47,237 nt of DNA from a virus (taxonomy: Duplodnaviria; Caudoviricetes). The position numbers and the translations under genes are program-made. Below the pieces are notes generated by a model, which saw only the letters and a list, made by a program, of their open reading frames with translations, did no database searches and was not told where the DNA came from. Of this stretch, positions 42,833 through 47,237 are shown piece after piece (within the stretch, counting starts at the first letter, position 1; the number at the start of each line of letters is the position of its first letter). Where the stretch lies: positions 1 through 47,237 of the IMG/VR virus record IMGVR_UViG_3300021476_000006; one strand, 5' to 3'.

Positions 42833-44692
42833 ATGCCCGCCGTCGCTTCTCCAATCACCAGCAGTATGAGGTTCTCACACGTCCTACAAATGATTGGACA
42901 TGCAGAAGCTCGTTCCATACTTAGCCGGAGATTCGACGCTCTAATGGAGGGGGAAGACCCAGACCTAAGCTCATGGCCACAACACATTGTGGATAGTGTA
43001 AAGCCAATTACTCTTCAAATCTGGCAATTCGGTATGCTGATCAGTAACCGTAGGACTGCCGCCCTTCAGGGTGGATGGCCTATCGACAGACCTAGCATCT
43101 ACCGTCCATTGTTTAATAAGGGGGTGATGAAACCTGAAAACGGGCGTATGTCGTCGCTGCAATCGTATCACGAGAGAAGGCGAGTATCACCGTTGTCAGT
43201 AGCTAAAGCCGTGGGCGGTTCACGGCTTGGCTATCAGTTTGACCTGTTTCGCCCAGAGGTTCTGGATGCCGTAGATCACCATACGTTTCAATTCGCCCGC
43301 TCTACTACTGAAACCGCTACTAGAGATTTGAAACAGGCTCTACAGGACCTCCGAAAACTCTACCGAGAAGGGCTACCGCGTGGTGACGCTGTTGCTTACC
43401 TTGCAAAGGAGATTTACAAAATATTCTCCCATCCTTACCGGGCTTACACAATTGCAACAACCGAAACGTCCAGGTTCGTTAATATGGGTTCTCTGATGGC
43501 GGCAAAGGCTAATCCCGTGGTTACTGGGAAAGAATGGGAAGCATCCCCAGACGCTTGTAAGTTATGCCTAAAGCTATCTGGACGTGTTAAGGCATTGGAT
43601 AAACCATTCTTCGTAGATCCGAATGGTGGTCCTTACGCCGTTATCCAATGCCCGCCCGCGCACCCTCACTGCCTATTACCTGAAACGCCCATAAATGTCC
43701 CGGCTGGGATTGCCGGGATTAAAGCCCATTTTGATGGCCCCGTTACTAGGATTGACTTGGCTGGGGGCAGCCATATAACCGTCACCTCGCATCACATATT
43801 CTTGACACCTCAAGGATTTGTTATGGCGGGAGGCTTGAGAGAGGGAGATGATCTTCTCCGCTACACTATGCCGAAGACGGTGAGAGGAAGTAATCCAGAC
43901 AATAATAGGCAGCCACCCTCTATCGAGCAGGTATTCGATTCGTGGGCGGAAACGAACCACATGACTACCACCGCTGTGCCAGTTTCCTCCGAATATCTCC
44001 ACGGCGACGGAGAATTCTGTAAGGGCGATATCAACGTTGTACCTGCCTATAGCTTTTTGAGGAACAACGTTGTACCCCAAACCACTAAACCACTCAGCGA
44101 GCATTATTTCATTAGGACTATGGACGATCCCCTTAGATTCAATAGTCAAAGCGATCTTACATCTGTGCTCCTCGCTTTGCGTGCTGCCACGGACGGCGGC
44201 ATGAGCAGCAGCCGTACTAAGTCGGCGTTCTTCGATGCTGTGAGACGCGTGCCATCTTTTAAGTCCTCTGGAAGTGTTTTCCATACCTCTTATCTGAACT
44301 CCAGACTCAGTCAACCGACGATGAATAACTCCCCTACTTACCCTGTACATACGGGCAAGCGCCAATTCGTTTACTCCAGAGATGTATCGCCGGACTATTT
44401 CGGCGGTGTTCACCGGCTTCCTTTTAGCAAGAGCAGTAGCCTCCTTTTTTGTCCGAAGCATTATCCTGTGTTTCCTAAGCCAGTCTTTAATCGTATGGCT
44501 ACACACTCCCAGAGATTGCCCAGTACTCTGGAGCGTTTCTCCAGCCAAATATCTAGATGCCAAATCGTCAAGATTAGTAGGTTTCATTATGCTGGTCCTG
44601 TGTATGATGTAATGTCTGCTACAAGCATGTATACTGTAGCAGATGGGGTTATTGCAAGCAACTGTTTTTGCACATTTACAGAGGTACTATGA
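42833..44692 (+). CDS. MuF / SPP1 gp7-like head morphogenesis protein with intein (about 288 aa after splicing)
   Basis: RAYTIATTETSR, KEW...DACKLC..L.G, PPAHPH|CFC motif split by the intein. Confidence 0.9.
   Translation: MPAVASPITSSMRFSHVLQMIGHAEARSILSRRFDALMEGEDPDLSSWPQHIVDSVKPITLQIWQFGMLISNRRTAALQGGWPIDRPSIYRPLFNKGVMKPENGRMSSLQSYHERRRVSPLSVAKAVGGSRLGYQFDLFRPEVLDAVDHHTFQFARSTTETATRDLKQALQDLRKLYREGLPRGDAVAYLAKEIYKIFSHPYRAYTIATTETSRFVNMGSLMAAKANPVVTGKEWEASPDACKLCLKLSGRVKALDKPFFVDPNGGPYAVIQCPPAHPHCLLPETPINVPAGIAGIKAHFDGPVTRIDLAGGSHITVTSHHIFLTPQGFVMAGGLREGDDLLRYTMPKTVRGSNPDNNRQPPSIEQVFDSWAETNHMTTTAVPVSSEYLHGDGEFCKGDINVVPAYSFLRNNVVPQTTKPLSEHYFIRTMDDPLRFNSQSDLTSVLLALRAATDGGMSSSRTKSAFFDAVRRVPSFKSSGSVFHTSYLNSRLSQPTMNNSPTYPVHTGKRQFVYSRDVSPDYFGGVHRLPFSKSSSLLFCPKHYPVFPKPVFNRMATHSQRLPSTLERFSSQISRCQIVKISRFHYAGPVYDVMSATSMYTVADGVIASNCFCTFTEVL
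43676..44587 (-). CDS. HTH-NUMOD3-Vsr/DUF559-like endonuclease encoded antisense inside the MuF intein
   Basis: Two HTH repeats, QSEEHRCKIA, SPNE...PQKAIGRYNVDIA...VAVEIFGGNWH...R..YL..RGW..I.VW; AGGA SD 8 nt before the ATG. Confidence 0.85.
   Translation of the reverse strand: MKPTNLDDLASRYLAGETLQSTGQSLGVCSHTIKDWLRKHRIMLRTKKEATALAKRKPVNTAEIVRRYISGVNELALARMYRVSRGVIHRRLTESGVQIRGMENTSRGLKRWHASHSIEERRLSTAAAHAAVRGSTQSEEHRCKIALTIESKGIVHSPNEIMLAEWFSGLGYNVVPQKAIGRYNVDIALTEFSVAVEIFGGNWHSGGSHVVRFRPRIEYLLDRGWLPIIVWITSSHRLRHSVAEKIISLSQASRHNKSLRCQEYVMRGDGYMAAPSQVNPSNGAIKMGFNPGNPSRDIYGRFR
44615..44661 (-). promoter_or_regulatory. sigma70-like promoter for the antisense nuclease, overlapped by a 9-bp inverted repeat
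   Basis: TTGCTT (44661-44656), 17 nt, TACAGT (44638-44633); TCTGCTACA (44615-44623) / TGTAGCAGA (44635-44643). Confidence 0.5.
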
Positions 44693-44946
44693 ACGTATTA
44701 GAAGGTTGGAAAGTAGAAACACCTTGGGGGGTGTTAAGTTTGTCGGATTTGCCGGAGAGTCTTGAAAAGACTGTTCAGACTACAATATTCCAGGTATTCG
44801 ACGACGAAGGGTTTTTCATCGGTATGGTAGAGGCCGATAATGAAGCAGACGCCTTGTCAAAAGCCAAAATGAACAAACTTCGTAGTGATATTTGGGTTAA
44901 GGAAGTCCGGTATCGAACGGAGGACCGTTTTAGGGAACCAATTTAG
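44689..44946 (+). CDS. hypothetical protein
   Basis: GAGG SD; ATGA overlap with MuF. Confidence 0.5.
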   Translation: MNVLEGWKVETPWGVLSLSDLPESLEKTVQTTIFQVFDDEGFFIGMVEADNEADALSKAKMNKLRSDIWVKEVRYRTEDRFREPI

Positions 44947-44968
44947 TGGAGGATCAAGTAACTAGTGT

Positions 44969-45172
44969 ATGATTGAGACCTCTATTATCCAAACGTTCCA
45001 CATTGTTTGTGATAACTGCGGCAAGAAATCCTACCCACCTCTGGGTTCGGTAGAAGGTGCAAGACAGCATGCCGAGCGAATGTGTAAATTCCATTTTGAT
45101 CGATGGAAGGAAAATGGTTGTTGCCGGGAACTGTGTCTGTGCCATGAATGTTGGGAATCTATCTGTGAATGA
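44969..45172 (+). CDS. small Cys-rich protein
   Basis: CDNC...CHEC zinc-finger pattern. Confidence 0.45.
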   Translation: MIETSIIQTFHIVCDNCGKKSYPPLGSVEGARQHAERMCKFHFDRWKENGCCRELCLCHECWESICE

Positions 45173-45360
45173 AACTTGTCCGCACTGCAATAAACCAGTC
45201 TCCGCCAGTGAATGGGTATGCTACAGATCCCACGAAGATTGCTGGATTGACATGCTCCTCGCACACTCGTGTATAAGCGACAAACATGGTCCTAAACACA
45301 GAATCTGTTTAGAAAAGAGTGAGATGAAGTGGTTGCATATTTTCGACCCAGGGTGAAATC

Positions 45361-45609
45361 ATGTTATGGAAAAAACCTGAATCTCAAGATCCCAAACGCT
45401 ACAATGAGATTCTGTCCGGCAAATGTCCTGTCTGTGGCACTATAGTTGAGGTGGAAAAGTACCAAGCGATTGCTCCCAGCCAGGATAGACCTCTCGTAAA
45501 AGAGGTCGGAATTTGGAGTGATTTGTATTACACCGAATGTGTTACTTGTCGAGATCGTAGTCCTACCAGCGCCTCCCCTAGAGTTTATGTCATGAGAAAA
45601 AGAACGTAG
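45361..45609 (+). CDS. small zinc-ribbon protein
   Basis: CPVC...CVTC. Confidence 0.5.
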   Translation: MLWKKPESQDPKRYNEILSGKCPVCGTIVEVEKYQAIAPSQDRPLVKEVGIWSDLYYTECVTCRDRSPTSASPRVYVMRKRT

Positions 45610-45717
45610 CTAAGGAGACGATACCCACCGATCCTTAATATATCTTATCTTGTAATCTCATTCCTGGTGTACTAGGCTAAACCTAGAGCATTTAAGGACA
45701 CTCTAGGTAACATAGTC

Positions 45718-47237
45718 GTGGTCCATTCTTGTTTTGCAGATATAACTGCTCGTAGGCAACGTGTAGAGAAATCCCTTCGCAACGGTACTCTCACTCCAGG
45801 TGACGGCACTGCCCTCATGGAAGGATGGGCATATATATACCGAGATGGACCAGTGCCAGTTCTTGGCATGGGTCAGAGTGGCTCTGCGGATGTAGCGCAC
45901 GCCAATGAAGATCGGTACGCAATCCCTTTCACTATCACTACCTACCAAGAAGACCGAGACGGAGATATTGTAGTTCCTCTTGGCTGGCGCGGCGAGCACT
46001 ATGCCAAAAACCCTGTTTGGTTCTTTGGACACCAGCAGTGGGAAATCAGCATTGGGAAAAGTATAGGACCGGACGGTAAGCTGTACGTCTTTCCGGAAGA
46101 GAAGCAGATCAAGTCCGTTTGCTTCTTCGATAAAGAAGATGAAGATGCCATGTATATCTATGGAAAGGTGATGCGTGGTTTTCTGAATGCTACCTCTATT
46201 GCATTTGTCCCGATTGACGCTGCCAGGCGCGACAATGAGTATTCTCACGAGAAGGCAAGAACTCATTCACAGAATCCGATGATGCCACTGGGTTGGCTCT
46301 TCAAAGTTTGGGATCACACAGAGACTTCCATAGTCGGTGTGGGCGCTAATACAGGAGCTATTCGGGACAGTTTAGACAAAGAGTGGATGTATATTACACC
46401 CAAATGCCGCAAAGCTATAGGTATGTATGCTGCTAAAGCCAAAGGTAGATGTTTTAGCGGCTGGTGTCCGTGCCCTCCAGAGCAAGGAAGCTCTCGTTCA
46501 CCATGCGAAAAAGGTGATCAAGGCTCCCGGAGCAATACTCGCCTTCGTGGATCTCGTATTGACACAGCCTATGCTCTTAAAGCCGGCGCAGAGCCCACAT
46601 TCCAAACAGGTGATCAAGTAGTTGTCACGTATTCAGACACAAATGAAGTACCTCTAGATAAGATTGGCAAGGTTGTTGATATCGTACCAGGAACAACCTC
46701 CCTTCATGACCCACAGGATGTAGAAGGCGCTAGAGGAGAGATAGTTCCTACCCCAAACGATAGCCAATTTCAAACGTCTGACTATGGTGGAGAACCCCAA
46801 GCCGTAGGTACTCAGCAAGTACCTCTTACTCAGAAGCCTCAGGTAGGTGGAGAACCGTCCTCTTCTAGTACTAAATATCTTGTAGACTTCGGGGATAGGA
46901 AACTATGGATTAGCGAAGAATCCCTTGAGGAAGCTCCTCCAAAGGGAAACGAAGTAAAACAGGACTCTGCTGGCTCTAAGCTAGGGCAGGTTATCCTCCC
47001 GAGAGATCCGGCGGCAGGATATATAATTCCTAATCGACTAAAGACCTGGACAAGGAAACAGATCATGATACCTCCTAAACCTACCCCGAGCGCCCGCAAT
47101 CCTTCGCTTGATGTAGCAGTAGCGAGTCCTGCTCAGGCGAGTAAGGCGGAGAAGACGGGCGCCACTTCTTGTTGCAATAACTGTGAGCACGGTAAACCGT
47201 GCAAAACTCACCAGAAAAACATAGGCGGAGGCACACA
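45718..47237 (+). CDS. HK97-type prohead maturation protease with long extension, truncated by the window end (absent from the ORF track)
   Basis: Manual translation: DRDGDIVVP.G...NPVWFFGH (catalytic His), GFLNATSIAF (catalytic Ser), ETSIVGVGAN. Start GTG 45718 or ATG 45817. Confidence 0.88.
   Translation, partial: MVHSCFADITARRQRVEKSLRNGTLTPGDGTALMEGWAYIYRDGPVPVLGMGQSGSADVAHANEDRYAIPFTITTYQEDRDGDIVVPLGWRGEHYAKNPVWFFGHQQWEISIGKSIGPDGKLYVFPEEKQIKSVCFFDKEDEDAMYIYGKVMRGFLNATSIAFVPIDAARRDNEYSHEKARTHSQNPMMPLGWLFKVWDHTETSIVGVGANTGAIRDSLDKEWMYITPKCRKAIGMYAAKAKGRCFSGWCPCPPEQGSSRSPCEKGDQGSRSNTRLRGSRIDTAYALKAGAEPTFQTGDQVVVTYSDTNEVPLDKIGKVVDIVPGTTSLHDPQDVEGARGEIVPTPNDSQFQTSDYGGEPQAVGTQQVPLTQKPQVGGEPSSSSTKYLVDFGDRKLWISEESLEEAPPKGNEVKQDSAGSKLGQVILPRDPAAGYIIPNRLKTWTRKQIMIPPKPTPSARNPSLDVAVASPAQASKAEKTGATSCCNNCEHGKPCKTHQKNIGGGT

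Larger units (their letters stand above)
43670..44662 (+). mobile_element. intein in the MuF HPxCxC motif (331 aa)
   Basis: Block A CLLPET, block B VTSHHIFLT, block F YAGPVYDV, block G GVIASN followed by +1 Cys. Confidence 0.9.

Noticed and set aside
45703-46266. 187-aa minus-strand ORF
   Set aside because: Antisense shadow of the prohead protease, with no motifs.
1-47237. Integrase, reverse transcriptase/DGR, CRISPR array, host assignment
   Set aside because: No supporting motifs were seen in this window; host and lifestyle cannot be determined from it.

Overview
A 47-kb segment of a tailed dsDNA phage (or prophage) genome, almost all on the + strand. Left part (1-15.1 kb), replication and DNA modification: probable Sak4-like ATPase end, SSB-like protein, family A DNA polymerase, a thymidine-hypermodification set (dUMP hydroxymethylase-like thymidylate synthase, 5-hmdU DNA kinase-like protein, P-loop kinase, amino acid:DNA transferase-like protein, Nmad1/DUF1599), a primase-helicase and a DNA methyltransferase. 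Right part, packaging and morphogenesis: terminase small and large subunits, a degenerate tRNA cluster, Pro-rich and beta-helix structural-type genes, HK97-type portal, three tandem paralogues, a 1264-aa multi-enzyme protein, a MuF head protein and a prohead protease that runs off the end. Most striking: both inteins (in TerL and in MuF) have no recognisable endonuclease in their own reading frame. Each instead carries an intact HTH-plus-nuclease gene (HNH in one, Vsr/DUF559-like in the other) on the antisense strand, with its own sigma70-like promoter inside the intein coding sequence. By contrast, three of the four free-standing homing endonuclease genes are broken. All assignments come from motif reading by eye; no database searches were run.
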